From assembly GCA_905178155.1 (NCBI GenBank), contig CAJINV010000004.1:7880771-7944770 (forward strand): a stretch of 64,000 nt of DNA, given 5' to 3'. Below the pieces are notes generated by a model. It did no database searches. It was not told the DNA's origin and saw nothing but the letters and a program-made list of their open reading frames with translations. The translations under genes and the position numbers were made by a program. Below are positions 47,847 to 59,644 of the stretch, piece after piece. Within the stretch, counting starts at the first letter, position 1. Each line of letters starts with the position of its first letter. Source of the stretch: Amoebophrya sp. A120 (Eukaryota; Protista; Dinoflagellata).

Positions 47847-49487
47847 ATGCCTCACAATTTTTCCCGCACAGCTGACCTCCAGACCCTGGGGATAAAAATT
47901 TCCCCGACCTCCAGCACGTCTTCAGTCGATGAGAATGAGATCCGCAAGGCATATTTCAAACTCGCCAAAACGCAGCACCCGGATAAGCAGGGCGGGAGTA
48001 AGGAGCAATTCCAAAAGCTCGTGGGCGCCTACGAGCGTCTGAGCGGAAAAGAAGATTTTTCGTACGAGAGTTCTTGTGCCAAGAATACGACAACCTACCA
48101 AAATCATTCGTCAGGTCGTTCCAGCACTTCAGATTTTTACCATCGACACCAGCAACGGGGATATTACAACAGCGACGGTTTTTGTGACGCACCACCCGGT
48201 TATTCTCCATTTGGATCGTCCCATTTTAGTTGGGGCGACGACGATTTTTTCGACGATTTCTTCTACGACAGTCATTTCAAGTTTTTCCAGCGCTTCTTCC
48301 AGAAGCGACAACGAAACCACAGTAGTTTCGACTTCGACGACTTTATTTTCAGCGATGCTCCTTGTGCGGGGTTCGACGACTTTGACTCGTGGGACAAAAA
48401 GGAGCGACAGGCGTACAGTGCGCAACGGGCGAAGAATGTGAAGAAGGGGTACGATAAAAGGGATAGGGAGTTCAAGAAATCTCCAGCCGAATCTGCTTTC
48501 ACAAAGACGGGGAGGCTGAAAAAAAACCGGAAAAATGCGAACGAGAATGCTCCTGCTGCTTGCAAGTTTTGCCAGAAGACGGTGCCCAACACGGTGATTA
48601 CGGAATCGAAAGCGAACTCGAGTGGGTTGAACTGGAGCCAATACTGCACCCACCCTTTCGGATACCAAACGTGCTGGGCGTGCAAGAACGCGCACAAGAG
48701 TGTCATGACAGAGAACATGGCGCGAAAGAAATTTTCTCGGGTTTTGGACAACGACTTTTTAGAAGATGTTTTTCTGAAATTACGACGAGAAAACAAGTGC
48801 TTTGACCACAAACCACACAACCCGCACGTGGGGACGCGCACGTCCGTTTACTATTGGGTGCCTGATTTGGAGCCAATCGCGGTCGCACGGGGATGGAAGA
48901 AAAGGAAAACCAATATTAAAGGCAAGGCAACTGGCGCGGCTCCAGAAGACGGGAACTGCTACGCAGCTGGTACAGCACCTACTTCTAGAGCTGCTGATCC
49001 TACCTCAACGTCCTTCGATTCACCACGTGCTGGCGCACCCGCTTCCTCAAAGTCGTGGTGCCCAAGCTGCGGCAGTGTTTGCCTCGTGCAATGTCCTTTC
49101 CATCAACTACCGAAGCAGGAGGAGGACTCTCGGAAAGCAGCAAGCTCTTGCCCCGCGACAGCTCGTAGCACTTCATACGAAGATGATTGCGGTTCCAGCT
49201 CCCCACCGCAACAGAAAAATGCTGGCACGAGGGCTCCATCATCACCAAAGACAGCATGCAGCAGGGGTTCTACTTATCAGAGTGGATTTTTGTCCCCGAC
49301 GCCAAGCTCATCGCTAGAATTATCCGATGTTCCCTCCGACTCGTCCTACACGTCAGACTCCGCTTGTCCACTCGTTGCGAAGATGAACGATAAGGAGCAG
49401 GGGAAAACGAAAAAGTATTCGCATTCCCCTGCTGTGAGGAAGAACACGAACAAGAGAAGCAGAGCCAAGCAAGCACAGAGAAGATAA
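47847..49487 (+). CDS. DnaJ-domain protein with an XPA-like Cys4 domain, tandem paralogue, intronless
   Basis: IRKAYFKLAKTQHPDKQGG, CKFC...TCWACK, VMTENMA, HNPH. Collinear with 45103-46656. Confidence 0.85.
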   Translation: MPHNFSRTADLQTLGIKISPTSSTSSVDENEIRKAYFKLAKTQHPDKQGGSKEQFQKLVGAYERLSGKEDFSYESSCAKNTTTYQNHSSGRSSTSDFYHRHQQRGYYNSDGFCDAPPGYSPFGSSHFSWGDDDFFDDFFYDSHFKFFQRFFQKRQRNHSSFDFDDFIFSDAPCAGFDDFDSWDKKERQAYSAQRAKNVKKGYDKRDREFKKSPAESAFTKTGRLKKNRKNANENAPAACKFCQKTVPNTVITESKANSSGLNWSQYCTHPFGYQTCWACKNAHKSVMTENMARKKFSRVLDNDFLEDVFLKLRRENKCFDHKPHNPHVGTRTSVYYWVPDLEPIAVARGWKKRKTNIKGKATGAAPEDGNCYAAGTAPTSRAADPTSTSFDSPRAGAPASSKSWCPSCGSVCLVQCPFHQLPKQEEDSRKAASSCPATARSTSYEDDCGSSSPPQQKNAGTRAPSSPKTACSRGSTYQSGFLSPTPSSSLELSDVPSDSSYTSDSACPLVAKMNDKEQGKTKKYSHSPAVRKNTNKRSRAKQAQRR

Positions 49488-51325
49488 ACAGAAACCTGTC
49501 GATGAGACCATGACTTTTTTGTATGATGAACACTTTTCTACTTCAAAAATTCGATCGAATTCTACGAAGACGGACAGCTCTTCTATATTAACTTTGATGC
49601 TAGAGTAACAAGATCCCCTAGAAGTTGTACAGAAGGGCTTTAAGCAATACTAGCGATGTACGATTCATTCCGTATCATTATTTTCACATTAGGATCAACG
49701 CAGTTTCTTTTTCCAAAAATTTTACAACCCTCTACTCATCGCAGCTTCAAACCAGTACCACGACCACCTGAAATCGAAAAGTGTTTCACCGCTTGCGTCG
49801 TTACCTGCATCTTTGAGAAGATGTTTAGGTCGCAATATGAATGTCTGCTGGGTTGTTCTCCATGTGAAAAATCTGTTCCGTGGTGTTGCAAGAGCAATTG
49901 AGTGTCGTTTTTACGTATAGAAATGAAACTTCGACGAAAAAGCAAGGTCTAGAAATCCACAAAAGACACATCATATTGCGGAAAACAAGATCATCTTCAA
50001 AATTTAAATTTTGGACGACCGAAATTGAAGCCTCTTGCGTTCAGATCTGATGGTCCTTCCTTGCTATGAAATACGACAAAAACGGCCTACGATCTTCGAA
50101 TTATGTGCAGCTGAAGATCCTAATCCGCGCAACGACAAAAAATTGCCCAGCATAGTCTTCGATCTTCAAAATCGGAAGTCGCTATCACTATCGAATCCAA
50201 CCAAAAAACTTTTCAACATCAAATTCGAACGCAGGACGGAGAGGTGCTAGAAGAGTATTACAGTCTGATAGAGGTGTGTAAGAACGGAGAACACATTGCT
50301 AGTCAAGATGTAAGCCTTATAGAGACTGTAAGAATTATTCTAGCTGGAGGAGAAAAAATTTCAAAAAAAGACAAAAAAAGTAAGACGGTATTTGTATGCA
50401 TCAAAAAAGTAAAAAAAAAAACTACGCAAGTATCATAGTATTGAAGTTTGAAAAGCGAAAGTGATTTACTATTGCATTCACGATATTAAACCCTCTTTAG
50501 TGCCGTCGAGTCTCAGCCAAAGATTGGTCGTCGGCGTGCTTCGCTTTTTGAGAAAAGCCGTTACACTGCTCAAGTATCAAAAGCGAAGCAACTTGACGAG
50601 AGTATTGAACTACCAAACTGCCTGTGTACTAAAAAGCAGACCACGTCAAAGCTTGACAAACCTCGTTGTCTCCGCGGTTTGATGAGCACATAATTCTTCA
50701 GAAGATTTTTCTCTTAGTAAATGTTTCTACCGCAAAAGCTATAGTCCCGGAAAGTCGTCTCACCTACTAGATTTTGCCTATTTATTAGTGGAGATATTTT
50801 CTAAGAACTAACACGCATAGTTTTTTGTTAGAAAACCATTTACATAAAGAAAACCGCGCCTAGATTATAACCACTTTGTGAAACTTTTACACGGCAAGTG
50901 CAACTACAAAGGCCATCTTTCCGAGAGTGACAAAACAGAAAACGACGCATTTTCAGCACAAAAAGGCAAAGACACAAAAGTGAGCAGTCGAGGAAATATA
51001 GTATACCAAACAGAGAAGGAGGTGAGACAGACTCAAACAGTCAATAAAGGGGTGAAGATATTACAGTTTAGGAACCTAACCAAATCGCGTTCAAACTGAA
51101 TAGTAGCCGTTCATCCGTCGTTATAGGTGGAGGAAAATATAAAGGAATTGTATAACGACTTTTAGCTCACATCAAAGCGAAGATTACCCAGCTCCAACTC
51201 TACTTCGCCGTGGAAAATAATAGAGCGATAGACATCCAAAAGGACACCGACCATCGCAAACGAGCGAGGAAAATAAATCTCGTCCACCTGGAAAACAAGT
51301 TGTACAAGGCGAATAGTATTCCTCT

Positions 51326-54300
51326 ATGGCGACGCAGTCTGCAACTACCGGATCAGCACCAGACACAACGAAGATTTCTTCTACGAGTTGTACTCCTGCC
51401 ATGGCTCCAGCCGCAATGGCGACTGACGACACCAAATCCGCTTCTAGCACGCTGTCCAACGGCAAAATGTCGCAACACGGAATGAACAATTCGAGCACGG
51501 GGAGTAGCAAAAATAAGACACAACAACCTCCTGCGGGTAGTTCTTCTACCGGGTCAAAAACAACTACACTGAACCCAAATGCGTCGGAGTTCATTCCAGG
51601 GCAATTTTCCGTCGGCGCAGGAGCTGGCGCAGCAAATACTGGTGTGGAGATTGCAATGCAAAATGGTACAACTTCTACGGGAGTAGTACAGCAGCAACTT
51701 TTTCAAGTGCCAGGCACGATGGGCGCTGCTACGCCGGCTGTGTACAATGCGAGCTATAGCGCGCAGCAGGGCGCCGGGGTTACCTACAAGGGCGTTGGTA
51801 TTTTCATGACAGAATGATGTCGTTTTCTTTTTGTTTCGTATAAATGCATTACAAATTTCCTCAGCATGAGAAATAAAATTTGTAATGTGGATTTAACTTA
51901 AGAAAAAGATTTGTAATGCATGTTTTAAACTGTATCAACCTTTAACACCATCACAGATTTCCGCATCCTGAATCAACAACAAACGATGCGACAACCGGAA
52001 GTCTTCCATGTTCTGTCGACGAACAACCTCGGGCAAGTTTTCGCTTCCCCCTACGCGTACACGAACTCGAGGAAGGGCTCCCAGGAGAGCGCAGTCACGC
52101 AACAAAGTCAGCAACTGGTCTCGCTCACACAGGGTCCTGGGATGCAACAGCAGCCAAATTTGGGGGTATATAGTTGTTTTTTTTGTGAGGTATGCATTGC
52201 AAAAGTATCGTACTAGTAAAAATTGCGTGACAGATTTTGGCAAAAAGGAAATTGGAATTTGTAATGCTGTTTTTCCCTAGGAAAAATCGTCATGCACATT
52301 TGCAAAAGATCCAAAAACCACAGAACCAGGGCGTCTATTCCATCGGTGCGGTTAACCCGAAGATGCAACAGCAAGCGCAAGCCGCCGCTGCAGCCCAGCA
52401 ACAGCAGCAGATGAAGCAGGCCACTGCGGGAGCACAGCAGCAACAACACCTGAAGCAGCAACAGCCGCATTTGGTCAAGCTTGAGGGCATTAATCCGAGC
52501 ACCGGGAAGCCAACAAAACTGGTGCCCACAGAGATCGTGCAGAACGTCGCAAAGAAGGTCTCTAGTAAGACCTCATCGAAGACATCAAGCAACGGGGAGG
52601 CGGCAAAGTATATTACTCATTACGGAGTTCAGGCTGTATCTCCATATACAACAATTTTTATGCACTACAACAATTCTACGCATGATGAGCAAATGGATTC
52701 ACCACGGAAAAAATGCATGACAACATCATGTCACAAATAGACGAAAGCAAATCAATACCACCCCAGGTCGCAAGACTCCAAAAACAGCAGCTCCGATAAG
52801 CCAGCGAAGGATTCTAAACCGGCCAAGGCACCAAAATTGGAGAGCCCTCCAGCAAAAGCCGGCGAGGAGCAGAAAGACGCGCCAGCGTCAGGAAAGGTAC
52901 TAGAAAATTGGATTTTGTGTTGCGAACTCGCATGACAAATCGCATGACAAATCGAGATCTCATTGAGGACACGCATGACAAATCGAGATCATATGACAAC
53001 ACTTTGAATTCCAAATCCAAAATCCAACTCAGACCGCACCCTCCTGGACGCGCATCGCAGCCAAGGCGGCCACGAAGGCAAAAACGCCCGACGCAGCCTC
53101 TGCTGGTACAACAGTGAAACCCGCTGACGTCGTGCTGGTGCCCGTAAAGGGGGACGGATTAGTAGCATCCACCGCGGATAAAAAGGAAAACAAGAAGTCT
53201 TCTTCCACCGCTGATGGTGCTGAGACTACAGAGAAGAAGGTTCTTGCTGCATCAACTTCTTCCTCGAAAAAGCCAGAAGAGAAGGCAGATGCCGCTACTG
53301 AAAAATTGGCGGAGGTGAAGAAGGAAAATAAACCCGCTCCGGCTGCAGAAGTGGAGGACGAGTGGCAGGAGGTGAAGAAGCCGAAGCACAAGGTCCGCCA
53401 GAGCCCGGAGCAAGCGACTAAAAAGATCCTTCCCTGGGGTATGTCGAAAAAGGAAGCCACACCAAAGGTTTCTGCCAGCCCGAATAAAGTGGAGGGCTCA
53501 ACAACATCTTCCTCGGAGCCAGCATTTATTGTTCCGGCTGAAGCTGGTGCGACGAAAGCGGAGTCTAATTCTTCGTCTTCTGCAGAGGAGCCTGCTGCCG
53601 TGCAAAAAGCAGAATCTTCGTCCACAACTGACGTCGCAGTAGAGAAGAAAGCCGCTGTGGTGCCAGCTTCTTCTTCTACCGTAAAGGAGCCAATTGCCAC
53701 GTCCAGTCCGACCTTGACTGCCGCGACCAAGAAAGTGCCGTCGAGTGTGGAGAAGGTCACTCCGGCTCCGTGGCGAAGGCCCGAGATCCACGATGAGAAG
53801 AAGGAAGCAGAGAACGCCGCTGCTGGGAAACATGCTGCGGGTGTTGCTGTAGCCGATCCTGCAACTACTGCTACATCATCAAAGCAGCCCGCGACGTCAT
53901 CGTCATCAAGCGAAAATGTTGCGAGTTCTAAATCCGCTTCGACAGCCGGTGCTTCTATCCCGAAAGAGAAGAAGCCGGTCAGCATCAGCATGGATAGCAG
54001 GCCATCCGGCTCGCCGAAGCCGTCGATCCGACAGAACACGGGCACCACAACTTCCGACATGGTGAGCAACAGTTCCCCCTCTTCCGTCGAGGAGGCACTG
54101 AAGGAACAAGCTGCTTCGGCCACGGGAGAGAAGAGGTCCGTGACTTCGGCCGGTGCAGCAGCTTCCGAAGAGCCGATTCTGCAGCAAGATCAGTTCCCCG
54201 CGCTCGGCGGTGGATCTTCGAAAGAGGTGGAAGTAAAATCGTCTTCCGTTGCTGAAGAAGAGAAAAAGGAAGACAACGCAACCTCCGACGCCAAACCCGC

Positions 54301-57300
54301 AATGTCCAGCTGGGCCGCGAAAGCCGCGAAGGCAGCCGCTTTGCCGGTCACCGAGAGCAAACCGAGAATACAACAAGGTGGAGAAAAAGCGGCGAAGGGC
54401 AGTGCTGTTGACCAGCTGTCGAAAGAAAAGTCGAGCAAGGGCAAGGGCAAGGATGGTGCAGCCATGGAGGGAAAAGGAAAGGACCAAAAAGGGCAGCACT
54501 ACAACTCGACGTCAAAGGAAAATAACTCCAGCATCTTGCAAAAAGGTATCAGTAACGGCAAAACGCACGATAAGGACAACAACTTCCAAGCTGGGTTTTC
54601 CGGCGAGCAGGAGCCTACAAGCAGTATGTCGTCCTCTTCCTCTACCGCAGTAGTACCGCAGCCGCGCTCTTCGCAAAAGGGCAGCAGCAGCTACAGCGGT
54701 AAGAACATGATCCCACCACGCGACATCTCATCCTCCCCGGATGCAGCCACGGGCGAGAAAGGCAGTAATAAATCTGGTTCTCTGCATCAAGACAGGAGAA
54801 GTGGTGCCAGCAATAGCATGATCAAGCCCTCTAGGAATTCGAGAACCGGAAAGGATAGCACAACCACTCCGGCCAAGCCCGCGCCAGCTCCGCAGGCGGT
54901 CCCAGACTTGCAGAAGGACTTCCCAACGATGGGCGGTAGTAGCAAGAGCGTCTTAGCCGCGCCGTCTCCGGTACAACCTCCGCAGGGCGCTTGGGGCGCA
55001 AAGCCGTGGGGGAACAATATTAAAACAGCGACAAGTAGTAGCGAACAGAAAATGGCGAATAAATCCAGCGGTAGTTCTGAGGAAGAAGAAAACGTTGCTT
55101 CCAAAAAGCCGGTGGAACAGCCACAGCCAAGGAATCCCAATGCTTCCGTCCAAGACATTCCCGAGGACGACACCCCCGAAGAAGAGGAACAACAACAACC
55201 CGCCGCTACGGAAAATAACAGCAAGACCGTCGCAACGGAGGAGGAAGATGATCTTATCGAGAAGGAAGACAGTTCCTCCGGTAATACAACCTCCTCTATC
55301 CCGCTGCTCGAAAAGCAAGCGTCGGTTCCGTCCACGACCACCGCGGAAGAGACCAACAACAGCAGCTCCGCGACGGCTAGTGAAAATGACACGACCACCA
55401 CTTCTGTCGTGCAAAAGACCTTGCAACAGAGTTCTTCCCAGTCCAAATTGAAGCCCAGGCTTGTCGCGAAGCCGGTTACCGGCGGCTTCGCCTTCAACTC
55501 CTCTTTCGTTAAGTTATCCGAGGCAAAGAATCTGCCGTTAGAAACTCCGAAGACCCCGGTGTTGGAAACTACTACGTCTTCCGCGGTGAATAAAACACCG
55601 GAGCGGGTGTCGAAGAAGAAAGCAGCTTCGGAGGACTGTCCGGACGAGGAGGAGCCGTAGAATTGATTTTTGTTTCTTTTGCATGTTTTGCTTTTGTCAT
55701 TGTGTTCTGGACCCCCGCATCTCTTGTTTCTGTTCTAAGGTGGCGAGGCCTGCATCGGAAATTTCATTTGTCATGCGAATCCTGCATGCCATTGAATCAA
55801 ACAAAACAGGACAAACACCAAGGAGAGTCCCGAGCTGAAGGACACCCCGGAGCGCAGCCCGTCTCCCTCCAGCAGCTCGCCGGTCAGCAGTAGCGAGGAG
55901 AACGAATCTCGTATTTGGCTGGTTTTGTGATTAATGCATTACAAATTTCCTCAGCATGAGAATGAGAAATAAAATTTGTAATCCGGATTTAGCTTCTGAC
56001 AAAAATTTGTAATACATCATTGCAATTACTACGGAAAAGCAAAAAAATGGATCCACAGCTACCCCCGCCCCCGCAGTGCCGCGCTACGAACCGGAGGTTC
56101 TGAAACCCTCAGAAACCGAAATCAAACCTTGCCCGAGCGAGATCCCGATGTACCTCCGTGCGGGCTACAGAAAACAGAACGCGCCGCCAACGGATCGGGT
56201 CTACGCGTTGAAGTTTATGAAGCAATTTCAGGTACAATTTAGATTTTTAGATATTCAAGGGATCAAATCATGCTGTAAAGTCATTTTTGGTGAGATAATT
56301 ACAAATTGTGGAAATGTGCCACAACTATATGCGCACTACTTCCCTTTCGTCCAGTTGGTCTTTGTGATGATGCCCAGTTGTTCTACTTGCACCGTACAAC
56401 TGAAGCCAAGAACTACACGGAACATCACAAAAACAGGACAAGGCCAACTGTCTCGCCCTCCCCCCGGGCGTGAAGCTCCCAGCTGCGATCAGCAAGGATG
56501 GCCGTGTGTCCTCTGCCGGACAAAACGGTAGTGGCGGCGACCAGTGGGCGCGTGGCCAGCGGCTCGCCGAGCTGCCGGACAAGGAGCACAACAAAAAGAA
56601 CCGGAAGTCAAATAACGACAACTGGCAGAGGCAGTCCGCGCCGGTGCTCGAGAGTGGCGAGAACAGTTGGAAGAAGCAGCAACAGGAAATGCGACAGGGA
56701 GACAACATCGATCGCGACGCAGAGGTACACGATAATTTGCTGTTTCTGTTGTTTGAAAATTCGCATTTGCGGCATGGAACGATGTTGATTAATAATGCCA
56801 TGCATGAGAATGAGAAAGGACCGCGAGGAGCCTTATGCCTGGGTCTGGAAGCCTCCATGGGGTTGGTGATGCTAACCTTCGAATTCGATCATACAATTGC
56901 ATGAGCAACAAAAGACGCTCAACAGATGTTTGCCATTGCCACCTAGACATGGCGTTATTTCTCATACAGTATCTAGGCATGCACAATCCTCCGCGAAATG
57001 TAACACAGACATCTTCGCGGGTCAACATGTACAAAAATTTGCATGACCATCAGAATGAATATGATCAACACTGTTTAATCAATTTAAAATTCACAAATCA
57101 CAGATCGAGCGGAAGGCTAAAGCCATCCTGAACAAGTTGACTTTCGAAAAGTTCGACAAGCTCTACGCGGAACTCACGAACCTCGGTATGTACAAGTACG
57201 GGCAACTGGAGTACCTTACCAAGGAGATTTTCGAGAAGGCCACCACGCAGCACCACTTTATCGAGATGTACACCTTGCTGTGTAAAAAGATCCACGACGA

Positions 57301-59644
57301 AAACGCTTTTTCAGACTGCTTCGCGAGTGGTATTTTTTTACTGGATTTTTTTATTTATATTTTTTGGTATTGAATCTTTTCATGCATGACAAAAGTAGAA
57401 GTCGATGCCTCGCCCTGCATGAGAATCGAGAAATACAAATAATCCCCTCTATATTCGATGAAAATCCACTTACTTCGATACTATCAGACGACGCCCCCGT
57501 GTCCCCGACCGCGGAAGCAGGAGGTGAAGAGGATTCCAAGTCCAAGCCCACCTTCAAGCGCATGTTGCTCTCCATCTGTCAGGACTTGTTCGAGAAAGAA
57601 GAGGAGGAGATTGTCGCGGACAACAAGGACGAAGAAACGGAGAAGTATTTCGCGTACAAGAAGAAGCGGTTGGGGAATGTGAAATTCGTCGGGAATCTGT
57701 TGATCAACAAGCTGTTGACGATAAAGGTCGTCGGCCGGGTGCTACAGGATTTGCTGCAGAGGCGGACGGAGCTGTCCTTGGAGGCCGCTTGCGTCTTTAT
57801 AGAAAGCGTGGGACAGTTTGTTGAGGTACAGAGTTATTTTGCTTTTTGTGATTTTGTGTTTTTGTAGTTCATGTGCAGCCTTATTTTTAAAACCTAGTTT
57901 TTCCTTTTTGTCATGTAAGTACGTCATGGGCGAGTTGGATAATTGATGAGATTGAGATGCCATTGAGTGCATTTAAATCGCACACATGATCAAACATCAA
58001 CTCTACAACAGCAACAAAACGCCCTCGCCATGCAGAAGCTCGAGCAAGAGAACCTCCAAAACGAGGACCTGAACCCTTTGACCCAGAAGGAGAAGGAAAA
58101 GAAGCTGCCGGTGAAAGCGTGGACGGGGATCTTCAGCGAGCTCGCCCACTTGTCGGAGGACCCGGAGTTGAACTTCCGGTCACGGGCGCTGATCAAGGAT
58201 TTGATTGACCTCAAGATGGCCGGGTGGGTGAAGAACACCACGCTGCTATGACAGTGCACAACTCCCCCTCCCCCTCATTTGTCATGCAAAATACCAAACT
58301 TACCCTTTGCCTCTTGGCACTGTTTGCATGACAAGTTCTGGCAGCCCAAATAGCACTACAAAACTGCGGAAATTTGTCATGCAAAACCCGCATTCTTGCT
58401 GGCGCTTGTATTGCCGGCCATGCAATACAAATGAGGGGGAGGGGGAGTTGTGCACTCTCATAGCTGCAGAAGGAGCCACTGAAGGCGGGCAAGATCGCTG
58501 ACATCGAGAAGGCGGTCTTGGACGAAGAGAACAACAAGCTGTTGCAGAAAAAGAGTTCCAGCTCGGTCACCATTGTCGACGCCGATGGGTTCGCGACGGT
58601 CAAGAGCGGTATGGAAAGTGATTATTTTCGATGAAAATATATTTGTTCAGCCCGCTCAGCTAAACCCTTATTTACTTTTAGCACCATCTAGGATTTTGTC
58701 GTATTCAAGGATGTGGTGCAGCGATTGCGATGTGAAGAGGTACAATACCTGTAGTGGAAATATCCATCGCAACAAACCTCTATTATATCAGGTAAACAAC
58801 GCCCCTCCAACAACGGCTCCCTGGGGCCCAAGACCCAGAGCACCAACTCCGTGCGCAACTCCGCCCCGGACGCGTTGCAGCGCGCGGGCTCAAGTACCGG
58901 CTCCTTCGCCAACTTAGCCTCGGGTTCGAGATTTGCCGCCTTGGAGAAGAGCAAGAAGAAAAAGTCAACCAAGAAAGACGAGGAAGAAGTTTTGGAAAAA
59001 AAGAAAAAGTCAAGAGACACCGTGCAGGACATCGCAAGGTATTGAGGATGTTCATGCATTTTCGGATAGAATTTTGTAGTGTATGATGAAGATCCCACAA
59101 ATTTGATCGTTAGTATAGCACAACGCAATTATACGAAACTTGTGCTGTCATGTGCAAAAAAAAAAACAAACAATACAGTGCCGAGACTAGCGTGCCCAAG
59201 CTGACATTCGAGGACGCGAAACTCGAGCTGGCCAAGGCTACGCGGGTGTACGTCTTGGAGAACGCCCCCTTCTCCGAGATTGTCGACGACTATTTGTCCT
59301 CCTGGAAGACGGATAAGAAGGAGTGGTCAAAGCTCTGGCTCACCCTCTTCGACGACGCAGTGGAAAAGCGGGAAACGGAAAGGCCGAGGTCACTGCAGTT
59401 TTTAGCGGAACTGTTGCTCTTCTGGGACCCGAAGTTTGCGTCCAAGGGCCGGAAGTGCTTCAACGAGGTGGTCAAGGAAATGATGGAGGATGAAGAAATG
59501 TGGGAGATGCGCACCGAGGACTGCCCCAAGCTGGCCAGTTGGTTTCGCGAGCACATCGTGAACACGCTGCTCGACCGGTTCGACAACCTGTTGTTCGACG
59601 AGGACGTGGAGGGATTGCTGAAGGAAAGAAACTGTTACTTGTAA
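51326..59644 (+). CDS. EIF4G: Translation initiation factor eIF4G-like protein (PAM2, 4E-binding-like motif, MIF4G, MA3-like; ~1977 aa)
   Basis: Exons 51326-51797,51957-52165,52324-52607,52767-52896,53033-55656,55810-55910,56059-56231,56437-56724,57104-57329,57488-57825,58012-58246,58468-58608,58792-59038,59179-59644 (5934 nt). MIF4G motifs KAILNKLTFEKFDKL, IFEKA...MYTLLC, FKRMLLSICQDLF, KKRLGNVKFVGNL, RSRALIKDLIDLK. PAM2 motif LNPNASEFIPG. Confidence 0.9.
58247..58462. mobile_element. Introner family C in eIF4G (opposite orientation to 1936)
   Basis: Near-perfect ~35-bp TIR; TSD gctgc/gctgc. Confidence 0.93.

Noticed and set aside
45355-55497. Long minus-strand ORFs (45355-46428, 53029-54123, 54787-55497)
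   Set aside because: Antisense shadows of the DnaJ and eIF4G coding exons.
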